From Octopus bimaculoides (taxonomy: Eukaryota): DNA of 64,000 bases. Positions within the stretch are counted from its first letter, which is position 1, and each line of letters starts with the position of its first letter. This document shows, piece after piece, positions 37,969-50,870 of the stretch. A model generated the notes under the pieces. It saw nothing but the letters and a program-made list of their open reading frames with translations, had not been told where the DNA came from and did no database searches. The position numbers were made by a program, and so were the translations under genes. The stretch covers positions 44,916,663 through 44,980,662 of the forward strand of contig NC_068988.1 in the NCBI RefSeq assembly GCF_001194135.2. Reading direction: 5' to 3'.

Positions 37969-38036
<68 letters not shown>
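37968..38036. repeat. (ATT)n microsatellite at the LINE 5' junction
   Basis: Direct read. Confidence 0.95.
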
Positions 38037-38175
38037 ATATATATATATATANNNNNNNNNNNNNNNNNNNNNNNNNNNNNNNNNNNNNNNNNNNNNNNNN
38101 NNNNNNNNNNNNNNNNNNNNNNNNNNNNNNNNNNNNNNNNNNNNNNNNNNNNNNNNNNNNNNNNNNNTATATATG

Positions 38176-39397
38176 CATGGGTTGGACAAAATAATGGAAA
38201 CACCTTAAAATTTCAAACAAATTAATTTTAATACGGGGTAGGACCACATTTGGCAGTAATTACAGCTTGAATTCTACGAAGTATGGACTCGTACAAAGTT
38301 TGAATTGTTTCCAAAGGAATTTTTGTCTATTCTTCAGCTAAAACAGTATTCAGTTCTTGTAGTGATGATGGTGGAGAATATCGACGCCTAACTTGTTTTT
38401 CTAAAATGCATCATAAGTGTTCAATAATATTGAGATCTGGGGGTCTGTGGTGGCAAGATAAGATGTTCAACTTCACTAGAATGTTCCTTGTGCCACCCAG
38501 TAACAACTTTAGCTGTGTGAATTGATGCAGCGTTTCCTGCCGGAAACAATTCCGCAACCATAGGATGAATTTTACCAGATAAAATGCTTAAATAGTCTTG
38601 ACTATTAATTCTGCCATGAATGGAAACATTGAATCGGCGGATTTCCAAAATATGGCTTCTCAAATCATCACAGATCCGCCTCCATGTTTAACAGTTGGAA
38701 GAAGGCAGTCTGGGTCAAATGCTTCTTTTGGCTGTCCCCAAACATATACTCGACCGATACTCGGAAATAAGGTAAAGGATGACTCGTCCGAGAAAATAAC
38801 ATTCTTCTACTGCTCTAGGGACTAATTCTGTAAGTTTTTACTCCACATTCTAAACGCTTTGCAACGTTCGTTTTTGAAAGTATTAGTTTTCTGATTGCAG
38901 CCGTCTCGTGAAATCCAGCTTTGTGCAATTCCTAGCGAACAGTTTTTGTGGAAACTACGTTCTCAAGGTGGTCAGCTCTGCAGTAATTTTGGGAGCTGTA
39001 CTTTTGTGATCCTTTCTACCAATTCGCGTAAGAGTCTGACGGTCCCTATCTGAAACTTTTGGTTGCCTTCCGGATTTTTCTTTCGACGAGGAGGTTTTTC
39101 CCTCTTTCTCAAAGGCTGTCATTACTTTCGACTGTTTTCGTTACGCTAGCGCCTGTCATACGAGCATCAACAATTTGATCTCTTTGAAAGTCCGATAGAT
39201 CTGTCATTTTAATGTATTTTAATTTCCTTTTTCTCATGATATCTGAAAAGAAACAACACTTTTAGCAAAATATATTAAGTAACACTAACAATAAATCAAA
39301 AAAACATAAAAATAAACAAGCTTTTGACGGTTTTATAGGTATTTCAAAATCATGATGCTATGATACTAGGTGTTTCCATTATTTTGTCCAACTCCTG
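38176..39397 (-). mobile_element. Tc1/mariner (DD34E-type) DNA transposon, near full length, about 1.22 kb
   Basis: Inverted termini CATGGGTTGGACAAAATAATGGAAACACC / GGTGTTTCCATTATTTTGTCCAACTCCTG, with TA on the right. Confidence 0.93.
38228..39207 (-). pseudogene. Tc1 transposase pseudogene
   Basis: Starts MTDLSDFQRDQIV; includes VIFSDESSFTLF, TVKHGGGSVMI, DLNIIEHL, RRIQAVITAKCGPTPY*; several stops and frameshifts. Confidence 0.9.
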
Positions 39398-40796
39398 TAT
39401 GTATGTATGTGTGTATGTATGTATGTATGTATTATTATTATTATTATTATTGCTTCTTTTAATTGTGTAATTGTGTTCTCATCAGTTGCTTTGCACAAAC
39501 AAATGTACTTTAACTGAGGTTAAGAAAGAATAATGAAACATACCCCCCAATACAACTAATACTCTACCTACTTCCACTGTTAACAACACTACTAACATCA
39601 CAATCAACCATTCCTACTCCCATCGTCGTCGTCGTCGTCGTCCTCCACCTCCTCCTCATCATCATCATCAGCCTACACCATTGCCATCGCCATTTTTCCT
39701 GTTCTCATCTTTAATTCACCTTTCCTTTCCACAAACCCATCTCATACATGTGGACAAAGCAATATTTACGATAAATTTCCTCCTGAAAATGTATAAAATT
39801 TGTTAAAAATGGCTCTAAGGAAATTTCTCAATGAAATCATTTTTAGTTAAAATAATTCTTGCTTAATTATTTGATTAAATCATCGTGGATAGATGTAGAA
39901 CCTCGAGAATTTAATTAACTTTTGCTCAGTCATTTTCTCAAATGCAGTAGTGTACTTATAATTTGGTAAGATCTTTGAGGATATTCCTTTCATGTAACTA
40001 TGCACTATAAATGTTTCATAACCATCATCATAATTATCATCATCTTCATCTTATTGATTTTTAAAATTTTATGATTGTTTTTCTCCACACTCGTTTAAAA
40101 TGTTATATATTTCTACAACATAAATTTTGTTCTTCAGTTTTTCTTTAGAACCTTTTCTAATATTTTGAAGTTCAACAAACTTAACACAAAAATACACACA
40201 TACATACGTTTACATTATGCATGGAAGTATGTATACGTAAGCATGTGTAAGGACAAGTACACATGAAATATATGCCTATATATGGCTACATATATATATG
40301 TATACACACACACACACACACCCACATATATATATATACATATATATATATANNNNNNNNNNNNNNNNNNNNNNNNNNNNNNNNNNNNNNNNNNNNNNNN
40401 NNNNNNNNNNNNNNNNNNNNNNNNNNNNNNNNNNNNNNNNNNNNNNNNNNNNNNNNNNNNNNNNNNNNNNNNNNNNNNNNNNNNNNNNNNNNNNNNNNNN
40501 NNNNNNNNNNNNNNNNNNNNNNNNNNNNNNNNNNNNNNNNNNNNNNNNNNNNNNNNNNNNNNNNNNNNNNNNNNNNNNNNNNNNNNNNNNNNNNNNNNNN
40601 NNNNNNNNNNNNNNNNNNNNNNNNNNNNNNNNNNNNNNNNNNNNNNNNNNNNNNNNNNNNNNNNNNNNNNNNNNNNNNNNNNNNNNNNNNNNNNNNNNNN
40701 NNNNNNNNNNNNNNNNNNNNNNNNNNNNNNNNNNNNNNNNNNNNNNNNNNNNNNNNNNNNNNNNNNNNNNNNNNNNNNNNNNNNNNNNATATATAC

Positions 40797-40830
<34 letters not shown>

Positions 40831-41282
40831 ATGTATATATATATGTATGTATGTATTATGTATGTGTACATATATATATGTGTGTGTCCCTCTGTGTGTG
40901 TATTTTTATGTACGCAATTGTATGTGCACATACATGTATATGGCTGTGTATCGTTTAAGAAGACCCATTAACACCAGCTACAAGTCGTTAACTTTTTTGG
41001 CATTGTACTGTATTTGACTTGATCGCAACCAAACATCTCCTCTTCAGGGATCCAAATAAGAGAGCTGCGTGCATTCATATGAACTTCAACCACATCCAAA
41101 CTGTGAGTAAGATCTTCGTATGTGACGCAAGAAAATAGTTTTATATTTAACCTTTGACAGGGATATTTTTTTTACCTTGTTGCCCTCTCCTATAGCAGTG
41201 CTTCAACAAGAAGTGGTTTAGTGAGAAACTAGTATTTAAAAAAAATACATCTCTCAGATACATCCCCCAGAAAAATAAGATA

Positions 41283-41845
41283 TCTTTCTTTTATTAGCCA
41301 CACATGGCTGCACACAGAGGAGACAAATAGAACTGTAGAGCTTTTCTTTAAAAATAAAAAAAAGGTAAAATAAAAATAAAGAAATCCGATCAAAAGGGAT
41401 CGGTAGGGGCAAAAAAAAAGAAAAAAGTATCGTATATCACAGAAAATGTCAATTGTGTAAAATGGGGTAACATTAGGCTTATTCATGGAGAGAAAAGCCT
41501 ACGGAAAAGACCACGGTAACCTCAGCAGGGAATAGACACATGAGAGCAAAGTGCTATCTCTTTTTTATTTATTTTTCTCGATTTATAGGATCATGCTCAA
41601 AGAGGTATCGTACTCGCACGCACCGTCTTTGCTACATTCACCCACCTTTTAATGAAACTTTCACAAGACAAAACTTGCTTCTCTATTCTCACCGTCCTTT
41701 TCAAGTGATACTTGAAAAAGTTGATGAGCGATTGGTCAGAGAGATAAGTTTTCGTCTCTAATCCTTTCGCTCGGGTCCACCACACACATTCTTTCACCAT
41801 GGCCACCAGTATGATGAACACTGCCTTGCCTTCACCGACATAATC
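41283..41845 (-). mobile_element. Tx1/L1-clade LINE 3' end (ORF2 C-terminus plus 3' UTR)
   Basis: VFIILVAMVKECVWWTRAKGL...FFKYHLKRTVRIEKQVL...RWVNVAK resembles Tx1 ORF2 C-termini; UTR ends AATAAAAGAAAGA. Confidence 0.7.
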
Positions 41846-42704
41846 AAGAAATTTCTATCACGAATAATATTCCAGTTCCTACCTTCATATATTTACTACA
41901 AACTTATTACCATCAACATTATTAAATAATTTACTTGTCTAGAGAGCCATACTTCACAAACTTCTGAACTTAATCTAAGAAAAATACATAGCCACGTGAC
42001 TCCAGGAAAATTGTAACCAGCGAAATTTATCAAACTGTCCTATTACAGGATCGGGTCTTTCCGTGAAAAATAAACGGGACTCAGTAAATGCATTTAAAAC
42101 CGATATAAGAAACAACTGAACTCATTCACAGCTCAAAGCGAACTCCTGTTTCCTTCAGTTTATTTTAAAACTAAGTGACTGTAGACACAAACGTGTTTAT
42201 ATATACAAAAGTTGCATAAAGAACGTTCTCCACAATATCGTGTTTGGAAACTGTAGACTATGCTTGATTAAGAAGTTGCAGATCTTGAAAATAGTTACCA
42301 ATATCATTGAACTGAATAAGAGATATAATCTCAGCTAGAAGAGATTCTTTTGGAGAATTTTCATCTACAGATCTCACTGGATATGCGTAACTTAAAAAGT
42401 GAAAATACTCAGAACAATGCAGAATAGTGTACGCGACATCTATCTGTAAAGATCAGAGTTAAACTCAGTTTCCATTTTTCTTGATAAGAACATTTAAGCT
42501 GAAATAATGTAAAATACAGTGAACATACAAAACTTTGTTTTCCTTTGGATTTTGTTTTTCCTCATTGATTTCTTCGTTTATTTATTTTCAGTTTACATTG
42601 TAGTAACTTTGTAAACACTCTATGTACGTGTATGTATATATGTATATGTGATGCATAGGTGTTTTGTGCGTACGTGTATGTGTATATAAATATGTGTGTG
42701 TATT

Positions 42705-42758
<54 letters not shown>

Positions 42759-43644
42759 ATGTATAGAAAATCTTGGCTGTAAATTGCATAAATGCATGCA
42801 TTTATGAAATTTATGTATATATATATATATATATTTTTATTCGCAGCTTTGTTTTATATAGTAGGTATATTTCTTTTTGGCCGTTAAGGAAGATATATAA
42901 TCCTGCTGGTTTTCTACGTTCATTGAGAATACTTTTAATTCTTTTACATGTTTGAGAGCATATGTCTGTATATAACACGCTTGCTGACAAATTCTTGCAA
43001 AGAAACACATGAATATGTATGTTTGCATGCATATTTATGTGTATATTTGATTGTTCTTGTAACAATATATACACACATATGTGTGAATATTACATATGCA
43101 CGCCCAAGCGTGCAAATAAATAATATACTTAATACTCATACTTAATACATACATGCACACACTTCCACGCGTACATCCATTCGCAACACTTATACATGCA
43201 TATAAATGTGTGTGTATATGTACACACACACACACACACATATAAGTATACAAACTTTTCAGTCATTGATCTACGGCCATGCTTAACCATGTACAATATA
43301 TTAATATATGTAAATATATATATATATANNNNNNNNNNNNNNNNNNNNNNNNNNNNNNNNNNNNNNNNNNNNNNNNNNNNNNNNNNNNNNNNNNNNNNNN
43401 NNNNNNNNNNNNNNNNNNNNNNNNNNNNNNNNNNNNNNNNNNNNNNNNNNNNNNNNNNNNNNNNNNNNNNNNNNNNNNNNNNNNNNNNNNNNNNNNNNNN
43501 NNNNNNNNNNNNNNNNNNNNNNNNNNNNNNNNNNNNNNNNNNNNNNNNNNNNNNNNNNNNNNNNNNNNNNNNNNNNNNNNNNNNNNNNNNNNNNNNNNNN
43601 NNNNNNNNNNNNNNNNNNNNNNNNNNNATATATATATATATATA

Positions 43645-44020
43645 TAGGCGCAGGGGTGGTTGTGTGGTAAGTAGTTTGCTTACCAACCACATGGTTCTGA
43701 GTTCAGTCGCACTGCGTGGCACTTTGGACAAGTGTCTTCTACTATAGCCAACCAAAGCCTTGTGAGTGGATTTGGTAGACGGAGACTGGAAGAAGCTCCC
43801 CCCCCCCCGTATATATATATGTGTGTGTGTGTGTGTTTCTGTGTCTGACCCTCCCACTATTGCTTGACAACCGATGCTAGTGTGTTTACGTCCCCGTAAC
43901 TCAATGGTTCGGCAAAAGTGACCGATAGAATAGGTACTAGGCTAACTAAGAATAAATCCTGGCGTCAATTTTGTCGACTAAAGGCAGTGCTCCAGCATGG
44001 CCGCAGTGAAAATGACTGAT
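43645..44020 (+). mobile_element. SINE family A, full length
   Basis: Colinear with 5589-6060. Confidence 0.9.
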
Positions 44021-44232
44021 ACATATATACATATATATGTATGTATACACACACACATGTATATATATATATATAATAAAGAATTTCATTGAAGAGATCT
44101 TCCCCATGTGGTGAGTTGTAGTGAAAAAATATATAACAAAAGAAGGAAAATAAACACTATTTATATTTTCAAAATACATTCGCTAATCATGATATTGAAA
44201 CTGGTGAAAATATTGCAATTTAGTATTATCTA

Positions 44233-44432
44233 GGGCGGCGAGCAGGCATAGTCGTTAGCACGCCGGGCGAAATGCTTAGCGGTATTTCGGGTGCCGTTAC
44301 GTTCTGAGTTCAAATTCCGCCGAGGTCGACTTTGCCTTTCGTCCTTTCGGGGGTAGATGTAATCGACTTAATCCCTTTATCTGTCCTTGTTTGTCCTCTC
44401 TATGTTTAGCCCCTTGTGGGCAATAAAGAAAT
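44233..44432 (+). mobile_element. SINE family B variant with 24-bp TSD
   Basis: GGCGGCGAGC..GGCGAAATGCTTAGCGG..GAGTTCAAATTCCGCCGAGGTCGAC..GGGCAATAAAGAAAT, CpG-rich; direct repeats at 44208-44231 and 44433-44456. Confidence 0.9.
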
Positions 44433-44470
44433 AAATATTGCAATTTCGTATTATCTTAAGGAGTTATATA

Positions 44471-44521
<51 letters not shown>

Positions 44522-44859
44522 TATATAATTACATATATACGTGTATGCACATTTACATACACACACATGCACACACACACACACACACACACATGCACAC
44601 ACACACACATACATATACGGGTACAAAAGAGTGTACATAGAACAAAGAATAAAAAAGGCAAACCAGGGGGAGCAAATTTTGAGATATAACGCGGACAGAG
44701 GTGTCTTCAACAGGTCAAATCCCACTATTGCGAGGTGCTAACAGGGATTAGCTTTTCTGATAAGTCAGTGTATACGTAGGATCTTCTACCACCGCTTCAA
44801 ACTCGAAAAGTTATTGAAGGAGAAGGTTATCTAGTTTAATATTCCACTTAGTTGAGAAG

Positions 44860-45235
44860 TTTCCATTTATATAACTAACGCTAATTAAAAAGCATTTTGC
44901 GAGAAATCATTGTATCTAATATTCATTGCCAATGATAACTACTGATGCTTAGGTAGTGTCACTTCCAATATTGCTCACTACAGCAAACATACATCCACGC
45001 TGTCCTCAGCCAACGAACCAGCTTGTAAGTGATAAAACCCTATCAGTTGCTTATTGAGGGCAACCTGCCTCTCAATAGCATGGCTTATTGAGCGACTGTC
45101 ACATTAACCGGTGGTATACTACACAGACATGACAACCAATAGCTTTAAAGCAACTTACAAGCAGTCCTTCCGGTGTAGGAACAGAGGAAGGTCCATCTCA
45201 TTGTCCCATTTAATCTGAAGACGCTGGGCCACCGG
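44860..45235 (+). mobile_element. Penelope-like element remnant (linker plus GIY-YIG region)
   Basis: LIKKHFARNH..; EGN.CLS..MAY*ATVT; MTTNSFKA..YKQSFR; SISLSHLI, all frameshifted. Confidence 0.6.
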
Positions 45236-45261
45236 AACGATTTTCCTATCATCACATGGAG

Positions 45262-45500
45262 CATCCTTCACAGGATGTACCTAACAAATGCAAAACTATA
45301 CTCAATACAAACGATACCAACAGTTAAAAAATGCAGACGACCTAATTGTGGTACATGCCCATATCTATTCACATTCCAGCAAGGACAAAATTTCTCACTT
45401 AAGACCAACTTCACATGTGCTTCCCAGAACCTTATCTATGTCCAAATCTGCTCAGGTTGCGGTCACAATTATGTGGGCCAAGCGAGTCTTACTTTGAATC
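45262..45500 (+). mobile_element. Penelope-like GIY-YIG endonuclease fragment (second family)
   Basis: KKCRRPNCGTCPYL..FTCASQNLIYVQICSGCGHNYVGQ shows the PLE CxxxxCxxC linker and the NLIY..C..C..Y(I/V)GQ GIY-YIG motif. Confidence 0.85.
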
Positions 45501-45574
45501 TAGTGGTCTGAAGTGTGAAAAATCAACATAGACAAAAGAGGCACAGACAACAGTGAACCACAACACAGCGTGCG

Positions 45575-45588
45575 GTTGTTATGGTAAC
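45575..45588. promoter_or_regulatory. X-box (RFX-type binding site), putative
   Basis: GTTGTTATGGTAAC matches GTHNYY-AT-RRNAAC perfectly; function untested. Confidence 0.35.
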
Positions 45589-45959
45589 AAACTGCTAAGG
45601 CCACGCTGTCTGTTAACTGGCTTAAAATTACCCAAATTTCTCAACTTAAATTTCAAATAACATCAGATTCTTTAATTTACGAGATAAAGTAATTGGTTGA
45701 TAGTAATCAAAATTCAGAGTTACATCGATATACCAAAATTGAAAGCAATCTAAGCAAAATTATAGGGGCCTCATTTTGCGAATGAAAAAGACTAGATCCT
45801 CATCTCTAGCATCCCTTACTAGATCAGGGCATGTTTGTGGATATGATGTATATTTAATCTTATCCTTCAAGCAGCTATATATGCGTTTGTATGAACATTA
45901 TTTTTACGCCTGCTTTTCTATACTGGTCAATTGCAATACAAATTCTTTGTTATTCCTTT

Positions 45960-46240
45960 GTGAGTTTCGTGACTTCTTTCTCACCCCTTTGTGAACCCCT
46001 TCACAATGCCGATCATGTCTTCTTTGATCTTCTTTCTTCTCTAGTCTCTTATATGCATTATTAACCACTTTTTCGCCCAAATTTCATTTTCCATGCACAT
46101 CACATGCCAATACCGGTGCCATTTTCTATCCTGCACTGAGAAGCTGATTCCTTTTATGCTCATTTTCCTTATCGGTCCGTTTATACTACGTCACTCTAGC
46201 ACGCAAAACTTATGCCTTATTTCTCACTATCATGCAATAT
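45960..46240 (-). mobile_element. Degenerate RTE 3' remnant
   Basis: Minus strand KWHRYWHVMCMENEIWAKK, similar to RLRWYGHVMRM..SCVKK. Confidence 0.5.
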
Positions 46241-47787
46241 AGTACTCTGCACCAAAGCGTCATTATAATGTCATTTAGCCCCAGGTCAGCTTTGATCAAG
46301 CCGGCCTGTAATTGAAGGCATTTCAGTCATGGCCATCATGTCTTTCTAAGAGTATGTAGTTCTATATTAGATAATATAACCTTTCCTTCAATAGTAGGAA
46401 TAGTTTCATTAACATTTCTTAGTCTTACTCTTTAGCAAGACACACGTCCATTGCTGATTAAGAAATTTAAGTAACAGATACTACCAATTATCATGGAATC
46501 TTTCTGGCAATTGCGGCACTTCCTTTGTTGGGCGTTCTACTGCTAGCTACTCCTGTGAGTACGAAATCCTTCTTCGCTATTGTCTACCTACAGTTTAGAG
46601 TTTCTACCTGGGCCTTTTCAGCCTAGAGAACATAGCCACTCCACAGTCGACAGTGATAAGTGTTCTGTTTTCTCTTTCTTTTTTCTAACTAAAATTTACG
46701 TCCTTTCTGTTTTGATATTTAGGTACCTCGATCGTAGACATTTCTTGTTTGTAAGGCTCTAAATCTACTTTGTGGAGAATAAGACACCGAGTGAATTTAT
46801 TGGCAGTGAAACTATGCATGGCTTATAGACAGCGAGAAATGTGCAATACTAATTGTCAGCGTGACAGCGTTTGTACCTATTTACCAGTAACATTTCTACT
46901 GTATCACACAGGTTGGTAACTAGTAGGTAGATAAGATTCAACTTATAAGCACATTATATGTCCCAGTTAGACACATTATCTGTTTGATCAAGCACTTGTT
47001 GCAATATCTATCTTTATGACAGTGAAAGAACTGTGTCTGTTCAGTTCAGTCAGCCGACAGCTGGACACTCTCTAAATGTATCTAACCAACACCTAGACGC
47101 TGTGCCTAGCGAGTTAGAAAATACCATTTACCGAAAATAGAAAATGAAAGGAGATGAAGAGTAAAGTTCAATAGCTGTGTTTTCATGAATTTATCTTCAA
47201 TCTTCATCAACAAAAGATTCAATAATTAAAAAAGAAAAAAAAAAATTCAATAATTAAAGCACAATGAACATAGGAATACCAGAAATGCCATTGTGTTCCG
47301 TAGTTACTGAACCATTATTTTATTAATCGTCTCTAATGTATTATTCACGCCATAATTGCGATTTCAATATTCTATTCTTGTCAGTCATCTGTTTATTTAG
47401 ATCAAGAGAACTAATGTGTCCCTTCTTTTCTTTTCTTTTTTGCTTGTTATTTATTGTAGTTTGTGTTTGTATCTTTGTTGGTTGCTACCGATTAATCTCT
47501 AGATCTTCAGTTATGTATTTCATTGAAAGCAATATAAATACCTAAAGCGAGTGTCAGGGCATTGTTTTCTTGGCCATGTGTTCGTATAATTCTTATGTTC
47601 TTCCTTCCTGTGTATATAAAGTAAATTTTCAATAACCTTTTCTAGTCAACTACTGTAGCAAAAATGAATGAATAAAATATCAGATTACTGAATTTTAGGT
47701 TGGTAGTTCGAAATCTGCAAAAGATGCACACACACACACACTTACACACACACACAAACACACACATATACGTATACGTCTGTCTTT

Positions 47788-48180
47788 ATCTTTTATTCTT
47801 TTATTTGTTTCAGTTATTTGACTGCAGCCATACTGGAGCACCGCCTTTAGTCGAACAAATCGATCTCAGGACTTATTCTTTGTAAGCCTAGTACTTATCC
47901 TATCGGTGTCTTTTCCCGAACCGCTAAGTTACGGGGAGGTAAACACACCAACATCTGTTGTCAAGCGATGGTGGGGGACAAACACACAAACATACACACA
48001 CATAAACACACACACACATACACATACATGCATGCATACACACACACACATACAATGGACTACTTTTAGTTTCCGCCTACCAAATCCACTCACAAGGCTT
48101 TGGTCGGGTCGAGGCTATAGTGACACGCAGTGGGATTGAACCCGGAACCATGTGGTACCACACAGCTACGCCTGCGCCTA
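47788..48180 (-). mobile_element. SINE family A with internal deletions in the head
   Basis: Reverse complement of the family A consensus, ending CCTGCGCCTA. Confidence 0.9.
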
Positions 48181-48326
48181 TGTTTAGTCATAATAAAGAC
48201 AATTTTACATTAATTTGAGGGGGTTATTTTATACTTTTGTAGAATACAAGTTTATTTTTAAACAAGAATATTGTTGACAATGACTTCGAAGTTTCATCCA
48301 GTTAAGCCATTGTCGGACTATATATA

Positions 48327-49287
48327 TGTAGTGAAACCACCTCTCTCACGGTTATATATTTACAAATGCGAGCGTAGCAGGGAACAACTCTTTCCCGCCT
48401 TGCTGTGTCATCACCTGACTGACTTTTATTTTCGCGGCATTTGCCTCCAGTCCGTTCGCGCCAGGACGCAAACCGACCAACCGTAACCACTAATAAGGTC
48501 ACGTGAGAGAGTGTTTTTATGATGCTATCTGTACCTATAAATAGCCTAAATTATCCGCGCCAGTTCGTCGCGGCTACAAATCCTCACAGATCTGGTCGTT
48601 GACCACACACGTAACACAGCCAGCCAGTTCCAGCGACGACATCAACAGCATCGTTCAACTACGTACTACCAGCATCGTCGCCAACGTCAACATGATTTCT
48701 CCACGTACACAAGCAACCGCAGCTTCTCTTCTCAACCCTGTTGTGTGAATTGTTCACCACGAAATTAACAGCCAGAACTCAACCTGCGAAGAACATCTGT
48801 ATCAAGAATCCGGCCCGGCATCGAAGCCTCAACTGCACGACAAGTGACTTAGCTCTGCCGCAACCATAACCTCTGATATACAGACCTACATATCTACTGT
48901 GTACCTTAACAGAACTGGTATCTTATTATCCTGTGTTGCAGACTCTTTCTATGCTTTGTATCTCTTGCATTCACATACATATATTTGTATACATACTCTT
49001 CTGTTTATATGATGGCCTGTCTTATATTGTGTTTTATTATGTCGCATTCACACACACACAGACATACAGTTTAATGCCCCAATAAATCTTACTGTTATTC
49101 ATCTTTATCGGTTGCGTTTCTATCTGTTTCCTTACTGGCACTCCTTCGCATTTCACATGCGAATTCTGTATGTTATTGTATTATTATAACTTATCATTAT
49201 ATTTTGTGTCGACCGTGTGACGCGTTAAAAGGAGCCTGTTTTCCATTCGTCACCATTTGTCATTTGGTACGCACGGTCGTTCTTACA
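48327..49287 (+). mobile_element. Solo LTR (Gypsy or BEL type), 961 bp
   Basis: TGTA...TACA termini, TATA(TA) on both sides, TATAAATA at about 48536, AATAAA at 49081, CpG-rich and non-coding. Confidence 0.8.
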
Positions 49288-49479
49288 TATATATATATTT
49301 ATATATATATATGAAGTGGGGTGAATATGTGCATATATAAACATGCATACATACATACATATAATCTGGTGCTCCAGCATGACCACAATCTGGTGACTGA
49401 AACTAGTAATAGATATAAAAAAACAAAGAGAGAGAGAGAGAGAGAGAGATGATCGTATGAGTCTTTTTTTTTTTTTTAC

Positions 49480-50000
49480 ATATGTCTCTCTTTCTGTACT
49501 TGCACGGGTTGAACGAAACCTCCCCGGCATATACAATCTCTTTACTCGTTGCTGTCCTTTGTCAACTTCGCGATAATCAGATTCTTGTGTTCAGTTTCCA
49601 TCACTTCGTTCTTTGTGCGCCTTGGTCTTTCTCTTCAGTTTCCTTCTACTTTCACCGCCTGGCAATTTTTCATGCATGCGGCATCATCTATACGCATCAT
49701 ATGCCCATAGCAGCGCAATAGTTTGCTCTTATACAAGGCGGCGAGCTGGCAGAAACGTTAGTACACCTGGTGAAAGGCTTAGCGGTATTTCGTCTGTGTT
49801 TATGTACTGAGTTCAAATTCGTCCGAGATCGACTTTGCCTTTCATCCTTTCGGGGCCGATAAATTAATTAACAGTTGCAAACTAAGGTCGATCTAATTAA
49901 CTGGTCTCCGCCCCTATAATTTCGGGCCTAGTGTCTAGAGTAGAAAAGAATATTTTCTCTCACACGTTTATATCTTATTCCCCTTGCACGCGTTATATTT
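49480..50000 (-). mobile_element. RTE LINE 3' end, interrupted by a SINE B
   Basis: GIRYKRVRE / KLLRCYGHMMRIDDAACMKNCQAVKVEG..RPRRT; 3' UTR TCGTTCAACCCGTGCAAGTACAGAAAG. Confidence 0.8.
49735..49950 (+). mobile_element. SINE family B
   Basis: Colinear with 18476-18695. Confidence 0.9.
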
Positions 50001-50671
50001 TCATTTCATTTTACCATGCCTCTAATCTGTTGCAATATTTTTTCGGTCTCTTGGGGATACTACATCTCCCTTCCTGACGATTTCTGGCAATAGTTTCTAA
50101 CTTTTCTTGGTTCCTTTATAAGTCCCGATTCGATCTTATTGGTTGTATCTGGAGAAATGCATGCGTGGATGAAATCCTGTATGTGGCTTCTGAGTTCTCA
50201 GGATAAACATATACGGTCCACGTTTCTCATCACCATTACCGAACCAGCTACTAGGTTGTTTATCTATTTATTAGCTTCCTTTTTTTTTATTATTTTGCAT
50301 TTGTTGATATAGCGAACTCTAGAGTCACATGTGCTTAATGGCCGATCTCTCATATAAATCGCATTTCTAGCCATAGTTCGGTATTTACAACAGATGGACT
50401 TTTGTTCAAGTATTTTTACTAGCAGTCTGTAGTTACCTTGATGTTCTGGCGCATGAAATTTGCTATGCACTGAATATTTTCCATATTTCACTTTTCTAAG
50501 ACTATCATCTTGCGGGGCTCTTTTGATGACAAAATTTGCTGTTGACAGATATAATATATTAGGATTGGTGACCTTGATATTAGTGTAATTACGAATGCTA
50601 GCAAGTCATGCTTGTACCATGATGACTCCTATTGGATAAGAAAGAAAGGAGACCTTTTATTCAACATCTCC

Positions 50672-50833
50672 AGGCGCAGCATGGCTGTGTGATAAGAAGC
50701 TTGCTTCCCAACCACATGGTTCCGTGTCCAGTCCTACTGCGTGGCACCTTGGACAAGTGTATTCTACTATAGCCTGAGAACGACCAAAGCCTTGTGAGTG
50801 GATTTGGTAGACGGGTACTGAAATAAGCTTGTC

Positions 50834-50870
<37 letters not shown>

